Origin: an uncultured Clostridia bacterium
Lineage (GTDB): Bacteria; Bacillota; Clostridia; TANB77; CAG-508
Length of the DNA stretch: 64,000 bases
Assembly: GCA_947623595.1 (NCBI GenBank)
Contig: CANQHC010000007.1
Location: forward strand, 551-64,550
Direction of reading: 5' to 3'
The notes under the pieces were generated by a model, which did not search any database, was not told where the DNA came from, and was given only the letters and a program-made list of their open reading frames with translations. A program made the translations under genes and the position numbers. Within the stretch, counting starts at the first letter, position 1, and the number at the start of each line of letters is the position of its first letter. Shown in pieces: positions 46,946-57,603 of the stretch.

Positions 46946-47668
46946 TTATATTTCTGCACAATTATTTGCTTTTAATTGCCTATTTTCTGTATTTTGAATT
47001 ACTTTACAATCCTTTGGTTCTTTAAAACTTAAGTACCAAGCCATTCCATTTCTATCTTTCTCTATTTGAGCATTTCTTGCTTGAAGTTCTGCAAATGTTT
47101 GAGGTGATGGCAAAATTACTGGCTCACATGGTACCCAGTTTGCAGGCATTGAAGCGTTATTTGCGTCTGCTACTTGTAAAGCTGTTAATGCTCTTAAAAT
47201 TTCTGGAATACTTCTTCCTACATTCATTGGATATACTAATATAAGCCTTACTATACCTTTATCATCTATAATAAATACATTTCTTACCGTTTCAGTTGTA
47301 CTTACGTCATTTGAAATCATCCCATATTTTCTAGCAATTTGCCCATTTCTATCTGCTATTATTGGAAATGGCACCTTAATTCCTGTTTTTAAGTAGATAT
47401 CATAAATCCAAGCTAAATGTGAGGCATTGCTATCTACGCTTAAGCCAACTAAGCTTGTATTTAGCCTTTCAAAATACGGATTTGCTTTTGATAGTGCTAT
47501 AATCTCCGTCGTACACACGGGGGTAAAATCTCCAGGATGTGAAAATAATACTACCCATTTTCCTTTATATTGATTAAGTGATATTCTTCCCATAGTTGTA
47601 TTGGCTTCAAAATCTGGAGCATATGTACCAATTTTTACATTTCCATTCATCATTATTTCATAGTCCAT
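46946..47668 (-). CDS. Peroxiredoxin (1-Cys/Prx6-like AhpC/TSA family)
   Basis: MDYEIMMNGNVKIGTYAPDFEAN...HPGDFTPVCTTE. AAAGGAG precedes the ATG at 47668, so the ORF-track start at 47737 is inside the promoter. Confidence 0.85.
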   Translation of the reverse strand: MDYEIMMNGNVKIGTYAPDFEANTTMGRISLNQYKGKWVVLFSHPGDFTPVCTTEIIALSKANPYFERLNTSLVGLSVDSNASHLAWIYDIYLKTGIKVPFPIIADRNGQIARKYGMISNDVSTTETVRNVFIIDDKGIVRLILVYPMNVGRSIPEILRALTALQVADANNASMPANWVPCEPVILPSPQTFAELQARNAQIEKDRNGMAWYLSFKEPKDCKVIQNTENRQLKANNCAEI

Positions 47669-47697
47669 GAAAAAAACTCCTTTCATTTTTTGTATAT

Positions 47698-47805
47698 TAT
47701 ATGAAAAGAGTTTATTTTTGTTACTTATACTTTGCAATAACTTAATAAGTAAAAAAATAACTACATTAAAAGAGCCACTATTTCTAGTAACTCTTAAAAA
47801 TAAGA
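47698..47805. repeat. Direct repeat copy 1 (98 nt perfect, 108 nt with one mismatch)
   Basis: TATATGAAAAGAGTTTATTTTTGTTACTTATACTTTGCAATAACTTAATAAGTAAAAAAATAACTACATTAAAAGAGCCACTATTTCTAGTAACTCTT is identical to 62272-62369. It contains a terminator hairpin (47770-47795) and a promoter. Confidence 0.95.
47709..47737 (-). promoter_or_regulatory. Promoter of the peroxiredoxin gene (inside direct repeat copy 1)
   Basis: On the minus strand: TTGCAA (47737-47732), 17-nt spacer, TAAACT (47714-47709). Confidence 0.5.
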
Positions 47806-47816
47806 GCCTTACCCTT

Positions 47817-48734
47817 TTATACTGTTAATCCAATAAAATCTATCAACCAACCTGAAACACAAGCAAAAGCTATAATATAAGCTAGGTAAATTATAAAGTT
47901 TTTAATTCCTAATATAATTTTTAATGCTCCTAAATTTGTTACTTTTGTTCCAGGTCCAGTAATCATAAATGCTGTTCCTGCTCCCATACTCATTCCAGAA
48001 TGTAACCATTCTTGTAAAAGTGGTATTGTTCCTCCACCACATACATAGATAGGAACACCTATTGTTGCTGCCATTAATACACCAAATCCTTTGTTGCTAA
48101 ATAAATTTGCAAATCCTTCTTGTGGTATATACATTTGAAATAATACTGTAATCACAATTCCAAGTAAAAAGTATAAACCTGTAGCTTTTATATTTCTTCC
48201 TATATTTTTTAATAATCTCATAAACATATTTGGATCTGTATCATGGTTATGTGATTTTCCTTCAAATTTATCAAAATTAAAGAATGTTTTTTCTTTTCTA
48301 TTATAAAAAATTCTTACTAACAAACCTGCAAAAAAGCCACCTAAAATACATACATTTAATCTTATTAGTAAAGCTGTGTTTCCTAATGCGCTACTGTATA
48401 TTAGTAATTGTGGATTTAATAATATTGAACTCATCATAAATGCAGCCAACCAATCATCTTTCATTCCACCTTTTGAAAAAGATGCTGCTATTGGTATTGT
48501 TCCATACATACAAAGCGGTGATAGCGTTCCTAATAAACTAGCAATAAAAATACCTATAATTCCAAAATTTTTGTCTTTCATTTTCATAAATAAGTTATGT
48601 ATTTTATCTTTTGCAAATACTGAAATTACAGAGCCTATAACAATACCAATAACCCAATATATAAATATTTGATTAAATTGTATTTCAAAGTAATACCAAA
48701 AATATACTAATTGATTTCTAATTATTTTGGTCAT
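47817..48734 (-). CDS. Predicted permease (PF03773/YraQ-like)
   Basis: 305 aa and polytopic, with SPLCMYGTIPIAASF and IYVCGGGTIPLL motifs. Confidence 0.6.
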   Translation of the reverse strand: MTKIIRNQLVYFWYYFEIQFNQIFIYWVIGIVIGSVISVFAKDKIHNLFMKMKDKNFGIIGIFIASLLGTLSPLCMYGTIPIAASFSKGGMKDDWLAAFMMSSILLNPQLLIYSSALGNTALLIRLNVCILGGFFAGLLVRIFYNRKEKTFFNFDKFEGKSHNHDTDPNMFMRLLKNIGRNIKATGLYFLLGIVITVLFQMYIPQEGFANLFSNKGFGVLMAATIGVPIYVCGGGTIPLLQEWLHSGMSMGAGTAFMITGPGTKVTNLGALKIILGIKNFIIYLAYIIAFACVSGWLIDFIGLTV

Positions 48735-49797
48735 CTATACTTACCAACCTATACTTTTGATTTCCAAGCTCAATTTGTTCTGCATAATCAAGTGTGTGTA
48801 ATCCATTTCTTGAATTAACTCTTTGCTTAAATGAGTCGCTTCCCTCTGCCTCAAAAACTAAATCTATTGATGCTTTATCTATTGCAACTGGATCTAACGA
48901 TGCTAGTATTCCAATATCATGAATATCGGGTTCTGCTGGGTTTCCATCGCAATCGCAATCTATTGATAAACGATTAAGTACATTTACATATACAATTTTT
49001 CCATCAAGTGAATTTACAACTGCCTGTCCTGCTTCTCCCATTGATTCTAAAAAGTCATCTTGTTTACCACCCCATGGGCTGGTTTTACTTGTTCCACCTG
49101 AATGTATCCAAGCCTTTCCTTCACTTGAGCCAATTCCTATTGAAATATTTTTAATTGCACCACCAAATCCTGCCATGCTATGTCCTTTAAAATGAGATAA
49201 TACTATAAAAGAATCATAATTTTTAAAATGTGTACCTACATAATTTTCTGACAGATGTTTTCCATTTTTCACAGGCAAAGACATTGAGCCTTCTTCATCC
49301 ATAATATCTACATTTGCTATAGCTGTAAATCCATGTTCTTCTGCTACTTGCTTGTGCATAGCTGTACTTGAACGAGACCCCGAATACGCAGTATTACATT
49401 CAACTATTGTTCCATTTACAGATTGAACTAGATTTTTTATTAATTCTGGTCTTAAATAATTACTTGCAGGTGGCTCTCCAGTAGAAAGTTTAACTGCTAC
49501 ATTGCCTATTGGTGTAAAGCCTAATTGCTGATATACTTTCATTAGTCCCTCTGGTGATATATTCTTCGTCATATATACTGTAGATACATCTGAACTTGTA
49601 TTTTCTTCTACATTTGAATTAGTGTTTTCTAATGAGTTTTCTTCTTCATCTGCTACAATATTTGTTTCTTCTACTTTTGTATTGCTATATTTTTGTAAAT
49701 TATCATTATCATTCTTTCCTAATAAATTTACTACAACAATACTTACTACAATTAATAAAATAACAATTATAATTCCCATTATAACTTTATTTTTCAT
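48718..49797 (-). CDS. DUF362-domain protein with N-terminal membrane anchor and low-complexity linker
   Basis: MKNKVIMGIIIVILLIVVSIVVVNLL, an acidic/Asn linker, then a DUF362-like core (FIVLSHFKGHSMAGFGGAIKNISIG...DCDCDG). GAGGAG precedes the ATG at 49797. Confidence 0.65.
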   Translation of the reverse strand: MKNKVIMGIIIVILLIVVSIVVVNLLGKNDNDNLQKYSNTKVEETNIVADEEENSLENTNSNVEENTSSDVSTVYMTKNISPEGLMKVYQQLGFTPIGNVAVKLSTGEPPASNYLRPELIKNLVQSVNGTIVECNTAYSGSRSSTAMHKQVAEEHGFTAIANVDIMDEEGSMSLPVKNGKHLSENYVGTHFKNYDSFIVLSHFKGHSMAGFGGAIKNISIGIGSSEGKAWIHSGGTSKTSPWGGKQDDFLESMGEAGQAVVNSLDGKIVYVNVLNRLSIDCDCDGNPAEPDIHDIGILASLDPVAIDKASIDLVFEAEGSDSFKQRVNSRNGLHTLDYAEQIELGNQKYRLVSIDDQNN

Positions 49798-49863
49798 TAT
49801 TATTCTCCTCGTATAATAAACTTTTGCTTTTTCCATAATATTCATCATCCTTTCTTTATATTT

Positions 49864-50982
49864 TTATTTAATGTTATTCGCAACTTTTTCAAGTTCTTCT
49901 CTAATTTTTATGTGTTGTGGGCAAACCCCTTCACAAGCACCACATTTAATACATTCTGACGCTTTTGCTTTTCCATGCCCACCTACTAACCATTCCTCTT
50001 GATGTTTAGCAAAAGCCATATCATTATAAAGTGTTAATATATTCATTGCTGTAAATGATCCTGAAATTCCAATGTTTTTAGGGCAAACTTTTGCACAATA
50101 ATTGCAAGTAGTACATGGTATTAAAGGTATTTTATTCAATTCCTCTTGTGCTTTATCTATTGTTTTTTTATCTTCTTCTGATAATTTTGTAAAGTCTTTC
50201 ATATATGATATATTATCATCCATTTGCTCTCTACTGCTCATTCCTGATAAAACTGTTATAACTCCATCCAAATTTGCAGCAAACTTAACTGCCCATGATG
50301 CCATTGACATATTTGGATTTGCTTCTTTCAATACTTTTGCAACTGTTTCTGGTGGATTTGCTAACATTCCTCCCTTTACAGGTTCCATTATAATTACTGG
50401 TTTGTTATATTTTCTCGCTACTTCATAACATGCTTTAGATTGTATTGCTGGATTTTCCCAATCAGCATAATTTATTTGTAATTGTACAAATTCCATTTCT
50501 GGATGTTCTTTTAATATTTTTTCTAATTCTTCTGGTGTTGAGTGGAATGAAAATCCTATGTGTTTTATCTTTCCCTCCTCTTTCTTTTCCTTGACAAATG
50601 ACCACATATCAAATTCATCAAATACATGTGTTCTTCCTTCTCCTAAATTATGTAATAAATAAAAATCAAAATATCCTGCTCCTGTTTGTTTTAATGATGT
50701 TTCAAATTGTGCTATTGCATCCTCTCTTGTTTTGCTACCTATCCATGCTGCATTTTTAGTAGCAAGCTGAAAACTTTCTCTTGGGTATCTTTCAACTAGA
50801 GCCTGTCTTATAGCATCCTCACTACCTGTATATGCCCATGCTGTATCAAAATATGTAAATCCTGCTTCCATAAAGTGATCCACCATAATTTTTGTTTCTT
50901 CCACATCTATTTTTCCATCTTTCTGTGGTAATCTCATAAGTCCAAAACCCAATTTTTTAATTTCTTCTCCTAAATATGGCAT
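49864..50982 (-). CDS. Aldo/keto reductase fused to a C-terminal 2x[4Fe-4S] ferredoxin-like region
   Basis: AKR head LGFGLMRLP...FDTAWAY. The tail has CTTCNYCAKVCP and CIKCGACEGVCP. Confidence 0.8.
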   Translation of the reverse strand: MPYLGEEIKKLGFGLMRLPQKDGKIDVEETKIMVDHFMEAGFTYFDTAWAYTGSEDAIRQALVERYPRESFQLATKNAAWIGSKTREDAIAQFETSLKQTGAGYFDFYLLHNLGEGRTHVFDEFDMWSFVKEKKEEGKIKHIGFSFHSTPEELEKILKEHPEMEFVQLQINYADWENPAIQSKACYEVARKYNKPVIIMEPVKGGMLANPPETVAKVLKEANPNMSMASWAVKFAANLDGVITVLSGMSSREQMDDNISYMKDFTKLSEEDKKTIDKAQEELNKIPLIPCTTCNYCAKVCPKNIGISGSFTAMNILTLYNDMAFAKHQEEWLVGGHGKAKASECIKCGACEGVCPQHIKIREELEKVANNIK

Positions 50983-51007
50983 TTTCTTTTCCTCCTTAAT
51001 TTTATTT

Positions 51008-51730
51008 TTATCTTTTTATTAGTGATAATGGTAATTCTAAACCATTATTCTCTAGCAATTCTTTATCATTTAATATTTCTTTTGTTAATCCATTTTTTAT
51101 GATTTTGCCATCTGATATTAAAATTGTTTTTTCACAAGTATCATAAATTAAGTCTAAATCATGTGATGCTATTATTTTTGTTCCTGATAACGAATTTAAT
51201 ACTTCTATAAATTTTCTTCTATTTCTAGGATCAAGTGCAATAGTAGGTTCATCAAATATTAATATTTCAGGTTTCATAGATAAAACTGTAGCAATAGATG
51301 CTAATTTCTTTTGTCCTCCAGATAAATGATAAATTGGTCTATCTTTTAAATCTTCTATTCCAACATTTTTTAGAGCATCTATTGTTCTATTTTGTACTTT
51401 TTCTTCAGAAAGTCCATAGTTTTTAGGTGCAAAAGCTACATCTTCATATATTGTTGGCATAAATAATTGACTATCGCTATCTTGAAACACATATCCAATT
51501 TTTTGTCTTATTTCATATAGTTTTTTCTTTTCAACTTTCACATAATTTATAATTATTTCTCCTGTATAGCCCAATTCAAGCCCTACTAATAATTTTAATA
51601 ATGTAGATTTTCCTACACCATTTGCTCCTATAATTCCTATACTTTCGTTTTTATTTATATTTAAGTTTATATTTGAAAGCACTTCAATATTAGAATTATA
51701 AGAAAAAGAAACATTTTTCAATTCTATCAT
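51008..51730 (-). CDS. cbiO: ECF/CbiO-type ABC ATPase of a Ni/Co importer
   Basis: Walker A GANGVGKST, signature LSGGQKK, Walker B LIFDEPT. Confidence 0.85.
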   Translation of the reverse strand: MIELKNVSFSYNSNIEVLSNINLNINKNESIGIIGANGVGKSTLLKLLVGLELGYTGEIIINYVKVEKKKLYEIRQKIGYVFQDSDSQLFMPTIYEDVAFAPKNYGLSEEKVQNRTIDALKNVGIEDLKDRPIYHLSGGQKKLASIATVLSMKPEILIFDEPTIALDPRNRRKFIEVLNSLSGTKIIASHDLDLIYDTCEKTILISDGKIIKNGLTKEILNDKELLENNGLELPLSLIKR

Positions 51731-51745
51731 TTTTTAATTTCATTC

Positions 51746-52549
51746 CTAATGTACAAATACATTTCCTATTAAATCAAAAATAGGTATGAATCTTATTATC
51801 AAGAGCAATAAAAATCCAGCCAAAAAATATATAATACTTGTTCTGTCTATTTTTTGATTTTTCATAAAGAAGTTATCTGGAGAGAAACCTCTAAGCTCCA
51901 TTGCTTGATAAATAACTTCTGCTTTATCTATACTTCTTATCATTAAACTGCCTATCATACTTCCCCATGCTTTAAAATGGATTCCTTTTTGTTTAGGAGC
52001 TCTTAATGAATAGGCAATCCATATTTTTTGTACTTCTTTTAAAAATACAATTATATATCTATAAATAAGCATAAAGATAGTAATTAAAATATTAGGAATA
52101 TGTAGCTTTTTTAAAGCATAACAAATATTTTCTACTCCAGTAGTTACAATTAAAAAGTAAGAACTTATAATAGCAAATATTCCTTTTAATATTAATGTTA
52201 GTGCGGAAATCATACCTGTTGTTATCGGTATAATTCCTATGTAAGCTACTACTTGCCTATCTAAAATAGGGTTTGCTATTCCAATAATAATTAAGAGAAA
52301 TAATACAATTTTTAGTCTTTTTATACAATTTTTAATAGATAAATCTCCAATAATACTGACAACTATTAAATATATACTCATTGCAAGAGTAATTGTTAAA
52401 TTATATTTGTTAATAGAAGTTAGAAATAAAATATAAACTACTGATATTATCAGTTTTACAAGTGGATGTATTTTATTTAAAATGTTATTATTATTGGAAT
52501 TATTATCTATATAGTGTACTTGATAAATAGCATCTTCTATTTTATTCAT
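51746..52549 (-). CDS. cbiQ: CbiQ-type transmembrane (T) component
   Basis: 267 aa and polytopic, with the conserved ALELRGF-like motif (AMELRGFS). It sits between the cbiM-like and cbiO-like genes. Confidence 0.75.
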   Translation of the reverse strand: MNKIEDAIYQVHYIDNNSNNNNILNKIHPLVKLIISVVYILFLTSINKYNLTITLAMSIYLIVVSIIGDLSIKNCIKRLKIVLFLLIIIGIANPILDRQVVAYIGIIPITTGMISALTLILKGIFAIISSYFLIVTTGVENICYALKKLHIPNILITIFMLIYRYIIVFLKEVQKIWIAYSLRAPKQKGIHFKAWGSMIGSLMIRSIDKAEVIYQAMELRGFSPDNFFMKNQKIDRTSIIYFLAGFLLLLIIRFIPIFDLIGNVFVH

Positions 52550-53552
52550 TAATAATCTTTTCCTTTTTTCTTTTTATTTTTATAATAGATCCTAAAACAA
52601 TTAAAAAGGCTACCGTAATGCCACAACCTACAATTCCTGAAATTGATGTTCCTATTGGGATTTCAGTATCTTTAAATGTGTAATCTGGCAAAAATGAAGT
52701 TGTTTCTTGTATTTTTTCAGATGTTTCATATATGTTATTTTCTCTAGTTTCTAATTCAGTATTTCCTGTAATTTGTTCTATTGACCATTCTAATCCATCT
52801 GGATTACTTGAAGCAAGTAATGAAATTCCTCCACCAATAATAATTAGTAAACTTACAAGTATTGCTAAAGTCTTTTTATATGATAATCTTGCTTCTTTTT
52901 TTATTTTTTCTTTTTTATTCCATAAAAGTTCAGGTCTAGCTTCATATACAAAACATAGAACAGATAATGTAATTAACCCTTCTACAAATCCTATTGCTAG
53001 ATGTATAGGTTGCATAGCGACTAAAAATGCCCAAAATGGCAACTCTGTAATTCCTGATAATAATGTTTCAATTGTTACAGAAAATGCACCCATTTGCAAT
53101 GTTAAAATTGAACCTAATATTGAGCTAATCGCTATTTTTCTTTTTGACATACCATTTTTCATAATAAATTTCCATATTAGACTTCCTATAAAACATCCAT
53201 AAAATGCCATATTCCATGCATTTGCTCCAAGTGCAAGCAAACCTCCATCTGCAAAAAATAAACATTGTATCAATAAAACACCTATCATACTTAAAAATCC
53301 TGCATAAGGTCCAAGTATGCTAGATAATAATACTCCTCCACATAAATGTCCTGATGAGCCAGTTCCAGGTATTGTGAAATTTACCATTTGAGTAGCAAAT
53401 ACAAAAGCTCCCATTACCCCCATCATTGGTATTTTCTTTTTAAAATCATCATCTTCTCTTAATTTTTTTATTGAATATGCAATTGCAATTCCACTTGCTA
53501 CATACATTGCCCCTCCAACTGCTGGGCTTACCATGCTATCCACCATGTGCAT
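52542..53552 (-). CDS. cbiM: CbiM/NikM-type substrate component fused to a PDGLE (CbiN-like) region
   Basis: N-terminal MHMVDSMVSP (a metal-binding MH start is typical of CbiM/NikM). A later segment reads SSNPDGLEWSIE. Confidence 0.8.
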   Translation of the reverse strand: MHMVDSMVSPAVGGAMYVASGIAIAYSIKKLREDDDFKKKIPMMGVMGAFVFATQMVNFTIPGTGSSGHLCGGVLLSSILGPYAGFLSMIGVLLIQCLFFADGGLLALGANAWNMAFYGCFIGSLIWKFIMKNGMSKRKIAISSILGSILTLQMGAFSVTIETLLSGITELPFWAFLVAMQPIHLAIGFVEGLITLSVLCFVYEARPELLWNKKEKIKKEARLSYKKTLAILVSLLIIIGGGISLLASSNPDGLEWSIEQITGNTELETRENNIYETSEKIQETTSFLPDYTFKDTEIPIGTSISGIVGCGITVAFLIVLGSIIKIKRKKEKIINE

Positions 53553-53564
53553 TTTTCATTCCCC

Positions 53565-54371
53565 CTATTTAAACTTGTTCATATTTCCAGTTTTATAGCC
53601 CTCTAAATCTAATGCAACATAAGAAAAGCCATATTCTTTAAATGCTTTAGAAATTTTTTCACGATTTTCCTCTTTCGCAATTAATTCTATATAATTTGGC
53701 ATAACTTCAATTCTTGCCATATGATTATGTATTCTAACTCTCATTTGCTTTAATCCCATATCTAAAAGTAATTGCTCAGCTTTATCTACCATATTTAATT
53801 TTTCTTCTGTTATATTTTCTCCATATACAAATCTACTAGCTAAACATGCAAAAGATGGCTTATCCCATGTAGGAAGTTCTAATTTATTTGAAAGATTTCT
53901 TATTTCTTGTTTATATAATCTAGCATACTTTAATGGACTTTTTATTTTTAGCTCTGCTATTGCCTGTGCCCCCGGTCTATAATCATCCATATCGTTCATA
54001 TTTGAACCCTCTACTAATTCGTTCATTCCATTTTCTTTGGCTATTTGCATCATTTTTTTAAATAACTCTTTTTTGCAAAAATAACATCTATTTTTTGGGT
54101 TTTCAGCAATCTCTTTTACATTAAGTACATCACTTTCGATTATAATATGCTTTATGTTTTCTCTCTTGCAAAAGTCTATTGTTTCGTTTAATTCTCTTTT
54201 AGGAACAAAGCATGATTTAATTGTAATAGCAATAACATTATCTCCTAATACTTGTTTTGCCTTTTTTAGTAAAAATGTTGAATCTACACCTGCTGAAAAT
54301 GCTACTGCAACACTTTTTAATTCTTTTAGATAATTTTCTAATACTTTTTCTTTCTCATCTATTTCTGACAA
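53565..54371 (-). CDS. larE: LarE, ATP-dependent sacrificial sulfur transferase (PP-loop)
   Basis: PP-loop AVAFSAGVDSTFLL and CxxC-type CYFCKKELF. The likely TTG start at 54371 lies 7 nt after AGGAGG, so the ORF-track start at 54446 would overlap the upstream gene. Confidence 0.8.
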   Translation of the reverse strand: MSEIDEKEKVLENYLKELKSVAVAFSAGVDSTFLLKKAKQVLGDNVIAITIKSCFVPKRELNETIDFCKRENIKHIIIESDVLNVKEIAENPKNRCYFCKKELFKKMMQIAKENGMNELVEGSNMNDMDDYRPGAQAIAELKIKSPLKYARLYKQEIRNLSNKLELPTWDKPSFACLASRFVYGENITEEKLNMVDKAEQLLLDMGLKQMRVRIHNHMARIEVMPNYIELIAKEENREKISKAFKEYGFSYVALDLEGYKTGNMNKFK

Positions 54372-54382
54372 TTCAGTTCCTC

Positions 54383-55537
54383 CTAATATCCAAATATTTC
54401 TACTGCCTCTTCCATTTTTTGAATAATATTTACAGAAAACGGACAATTTTTCTCACATCTACCACATTTGATACATTCTCCTGCATGATGTTTTAATACT
54501 TTATAATGTTCTCTTACTGTTTCTGGTACTTCTTTTTCTGCTTTTACTAAAGCTGTATATTTATTTACACTTGCAATATCTATTCCTACTGTACATGGAG
54601 CACAATGACCACAATAAACACATTTTCCTTTCATATTATTTTTAGGTAATTTTGATAAAATTTCTCCGTAATCATTTTCCTTCATATTTGCAGTTTCATA
54701 TTGTATAGCCTCATCTATTTCCTCATTTGTTTTCACACCTAACATTACAGATACTACTCCAGGTCTTGTTAAACAATAATGGATACATTGATTTGTAGTT
54801 AGTGCTACTTTAAATGGAGATAGTTCTTTATCTAGTAAATCTCCTCCACCATAACATTTCATTACTGTAATTCCAACATTTTCTTTTTCACATAATTCAT
54901 AAAATTCTTCTCTATCTTTATCTATTCTAAACTCTACATTTTTATATTTACCTTCATCCCATAAGTCATTACAATCTTCTGATGCAGGTTGTATATCATA
55001 ACATGGATTAATTGAAAATAACACAACATCTATTAATCCTGTTTTGACAGCTTGTTTTGCAATCAATGGGTTATGAGAACTTAATCCTATTGCTTTTATT
55101 TTTCCTTCTGCTTTTAGTTCTTTCACATATTCTATTATTTCTCCATTAAATACTCTTTCATAATCATCTTGACTATCTATATAATGGATCATACCCACAT
55201 CTATATAGTCTGTTTGTAACCTTACTAATAAATCTTCAAAAGCTATTTTATTTGCTTCTAAATTTCTGCTTCTCTCATATTGTCCATTTTTCCATGTTGA
55301 ACCTATATGTGCTTCTATAATAAAATTTTTTCTAATATCTAGTTCTTTAATTGCTATCCCTAAATTACTTCTTAATTCTGGATTTGAACTATATAAATCT
55401 ATAAAATTTATTCCATTTTTATAAGAATATTTAAGCATTTCTTTGGTTTGTTCTACACTTTTTCCTGAAAACCCTTCACAACCTAATGCAATCTCACTTA
55501 CTTCAATATTAGTTCTACCTAACTTTCTATAATTCAT
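54383..55537 (-). CDS. Aldo/keto reductase fused to a C-terminal 2x[4Fe-4S] ferredoxin-like region (second copy)
   Basis: MNYRKLGRTNIEVSEIALGCEGF is the head. The tail has CVYCGHCAPCTVG and CIKCGRCEKNCP. Confidence 0.8.
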   Translation of the reverse strand: MNYRKLGRTNIEVSEIALGCEGFSGKSVEQTKEMLKYSYKNGINFIDLYSSNPELRSNLGIAIKELDIRKNFIIEAHIGSTWKNGQYERSRNLEANKIAFEDLLVRLQTDYIDVGMIHYIDSQDDYERVFNGEIIEYVKELKAEGKIKAIGLSSHNPLIAKQAVKTGLIDVVLFSINPCYDIQPASEDCNDLWDEGKYKNVEFRIDKDREEFYELCEKENVGITVMKCYGGGDLLDKELSPFKVALTTNQCIHYCLTRPGVVSVMLGVKTNEEIDEAIQYETANMKENDYGEILSKLPKNNMKGKCVYCGHCAPCTVGIDIASVNKYTALVKAEKEVPETVREHYKVLKHHAGECIKCGRCEKNCPFSVNIIQKMEEAVEIFGY

Positions 55538-55550
55538 ATTTTCTCCTTTT

Positions 55551-56294
55551 CTATGGCTTAACTATTAGTTTATTAATTTGATTTGCAATAAAGCCTGCTC
55601 CATAACCATTATCTATATTTACTACACTTACTGAATTGCTACATGAATTTATCATACTTAATAATGCTGCTACTCCTCCAAAATTTGCTCCGTATCCAAT
55701 AGAAGTTGGAACTGCTATAACTGGTACTTTGGATAAACCTGCTACAACAGTTGCTAAAGCTCCTTCCATTCCTGCAACAGCGATAATACAATTCGCTTTT
55801 TCTAGTTTTTCTCTTTGTGATAATATTCTATGAATGCCTGCTACTCCTACATCATAAATTCTTTCTACCTTACTTCCAAAAAATTCCGCTGTTTGTACTG
55901 CTTCTTCAGCAACTGGAATATCTGCCGTTCCACCTGTACAAATAGCAATATTCCCTACTTTTTCTTTTCTTTTTTCTATTTTTAGTATTTTAGATATATT
56001 GTCATATTGTATATTTGGAATTTCTTTTTTTAATAACTCATATTGTTCGTAACTTGCTCTTGTTCCTAAAACTTCTCCATTTTCTTTGTATATGCTAGTA
56101 TAAATATTCGTTAAAAATTCATTAGGCTTTCCTTGGCAAAAAATAACTTCACTTGCCCCTGTTCTTTGCTTTCGATTATGATCTATTTTTGCATATTCTA
56201 AATCTTCGTATTGATTATTTTTTATTTCTTTTTCTGCTTGTTCAATAGTTATTTTATTATTTTTTAAACCTTCTAATATCTCCCTTATATCCAT
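55551..56294 (-). CDS. larB: LarB, pyridinium-3,5-biscarboxylic acid mononucleotide synthase (PurE-like)
   Basis: 247 aa. The AIR-carboxylase-like core is GTADIPVAEEA...VAGMEGALATVVAGL. Confidence 0.8.
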   Translation of the reverse strand: MDIREILEGLKNNKITIEQAEKEIKNNQYEDLEYAKIDHNRKQRTGASEVIFCQGKPNEFLTNIYTSIYKENGEVLGTRASYEQYELLKKEIPNIQYDNISKILKIEKRKEKVGNIAICTGGTADIPVAEEAVQTAEFFGSKVERIYDVGVAGIHRILSQREKLEKANCIIAVAGMEGALATVVAGLSKVPVIAVPTSIGYGANFGGVAALLSMINSCSNSVSVVNIDNGYGAGFIANQINKLIVKP

Positions 56295-56331
56295 ATTCTA
56301 ATAAATGTAACCTCCTATTTAATTAAATAAC

Positions 56332-57558
56332 TTAAGTTAATTTATAAAATTCTTTCAATGGAATATTATTTTTTTCAGCTAATTCCTTTATACTTTCATA
56401 TTCAGGATATATATAAGTTTCTCCATTATTTATTACTTTTTTTGCTTTTATTTTTCCATATTTGGTGTCTATTTGGGCAATTTCTCTACCAAGTTCTGTT
56501 CTATACTCAAAGCGATATCTAATGCCAATAGTAGTTGTTTCTTTAAAGATAATATTTTGTAATTTGTATATATCTTCTCTTTTACATGCTACTGTTAATC
56601 TATAAGCTGGTCTATTTTTCTTCATAAAGATTGGTGTATAAAATACATCTAATGCTCCATTTTTAAATAATAATTCTTGTGTATATCCTAATATTTCTCC
56701 ACTACAATCATCAACATTAGTTTCCATTACAACAAAATCTTCATTTGGCTTTTCCATTTTTCCATAATATACTTTTAAAATATTTGGTATTTTCAAGTCT
56801 TTAAATCCAGCTCCCCATCCTATTTTTTCAGTTTCCATAGCAGGTAAATTTATAAATTCTTCAGCAAGTTCACTAATTATTGCTGCACCTGTTGGTGTTA
56901 CAAGCTCTGTATCTACATCTATTTGTCTAAATTTTACAGCCGATTCTGCAAATATTTCACTTGTTGCAGGTACTGGTACTGACATAGTTCCATGAGCACA
57001 TTCTATAAATCCATATCCATCATTTACAATACTTGAAATAATTTTATCTGGATTTATTTTATTAATTAAAATAGCTGTTCCAACAATATCTACAATAGAA
57101 TCTATTGCTCCTACTTCATGAAAATGCACTTCTTCTAAAGATTTATTATGTACTTTGGATTCTGCTTTTGCTACTCTTAAAAATATTCTTTTTGCTAAAT
57201 CTTTTATATCTTCTTTTAAAGAACTATTATCAATAATTTCATTTACATCTTTTAAATTTCTATGTTCGTGATGATGGTGCTCATGATCATGACCATGTTC
57301 ATGATTATGGTGATGGTGTTCGTTTTCTTCTAAATGATGGATATGTCCATATTCATCTTTTCCATCAACAATGACATCTACATAAGTTCCTGTTATTCCA
57401 TTTTTTACTTTTTTGGATATTTGTAGTTTATATCCATTTATATTTAGTTTTTTTAATTCCTCTGATAAGTAATTTTCATCTCCTATGATTTCTAATAAAG
57501 CTCCAAGTACCATGTTTCCACTAATTCCACTTGAGCAGTCAAAATATAAAGTATTCAA
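56332..57558 (-). CDS. larC: LarC, nickel insertion protein of the nickel-pincer cofactor pathway
   Basis: The head is LYFDCSSGISGNMVLGALL. A His-rich tract follows: HIHHLEENEHHHHNHEHGHDHEHHHHEH. 408 aa. Confidence 0.85.
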   Translation of the reverse strand: MNTLYFDCSSGISGNMVLGALLEIIGDENYLSEELKKLNINGYKLQISKKVKNGITGTYVDVIVDGKDEYGHIHHLEENEHHHHNHEHGHDHEHHHHEHRNLKDVNEIIDNSSLKEDIKDLAKRIFLRVAKAESKVHNKSLEEVHFHEVGAIDSIVDIVGTAILINKINPDKIISSIVNDGYGFIECAHGTMSVPVPATSEIFAESAVKFRQIDVDTELVTPTGAAIISELAEEFINLPAMETEKIGWGAGFKDLKIPNILKVYYGKMEKPNEDFVVMETNVDDCSGEILGYTQELLFKNGALDVFYTPIFMKKNRPAYRLTVACKREDIYKLQNIIFKETTTIGIRYRFEYRTELGREIAQIDTKYGKIKAKKVINNGETYIYPEYESIKELAEKNNIPLKEFYKLT

Positions 57559-57603
57559 AATTAACCATCCTTTCTTCTAACATATTGTCAGTAGTATAAT
57601 ATA

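Noticed and set aside
57240-57330. His-codon-rich tract (HHHHNHEHGHDHEHHHHEH) as an unusual repeat.
   Set aside because: A histidine-rich metal-binding region is a known feature of LarC nickel-insertion proteins and is not novel.
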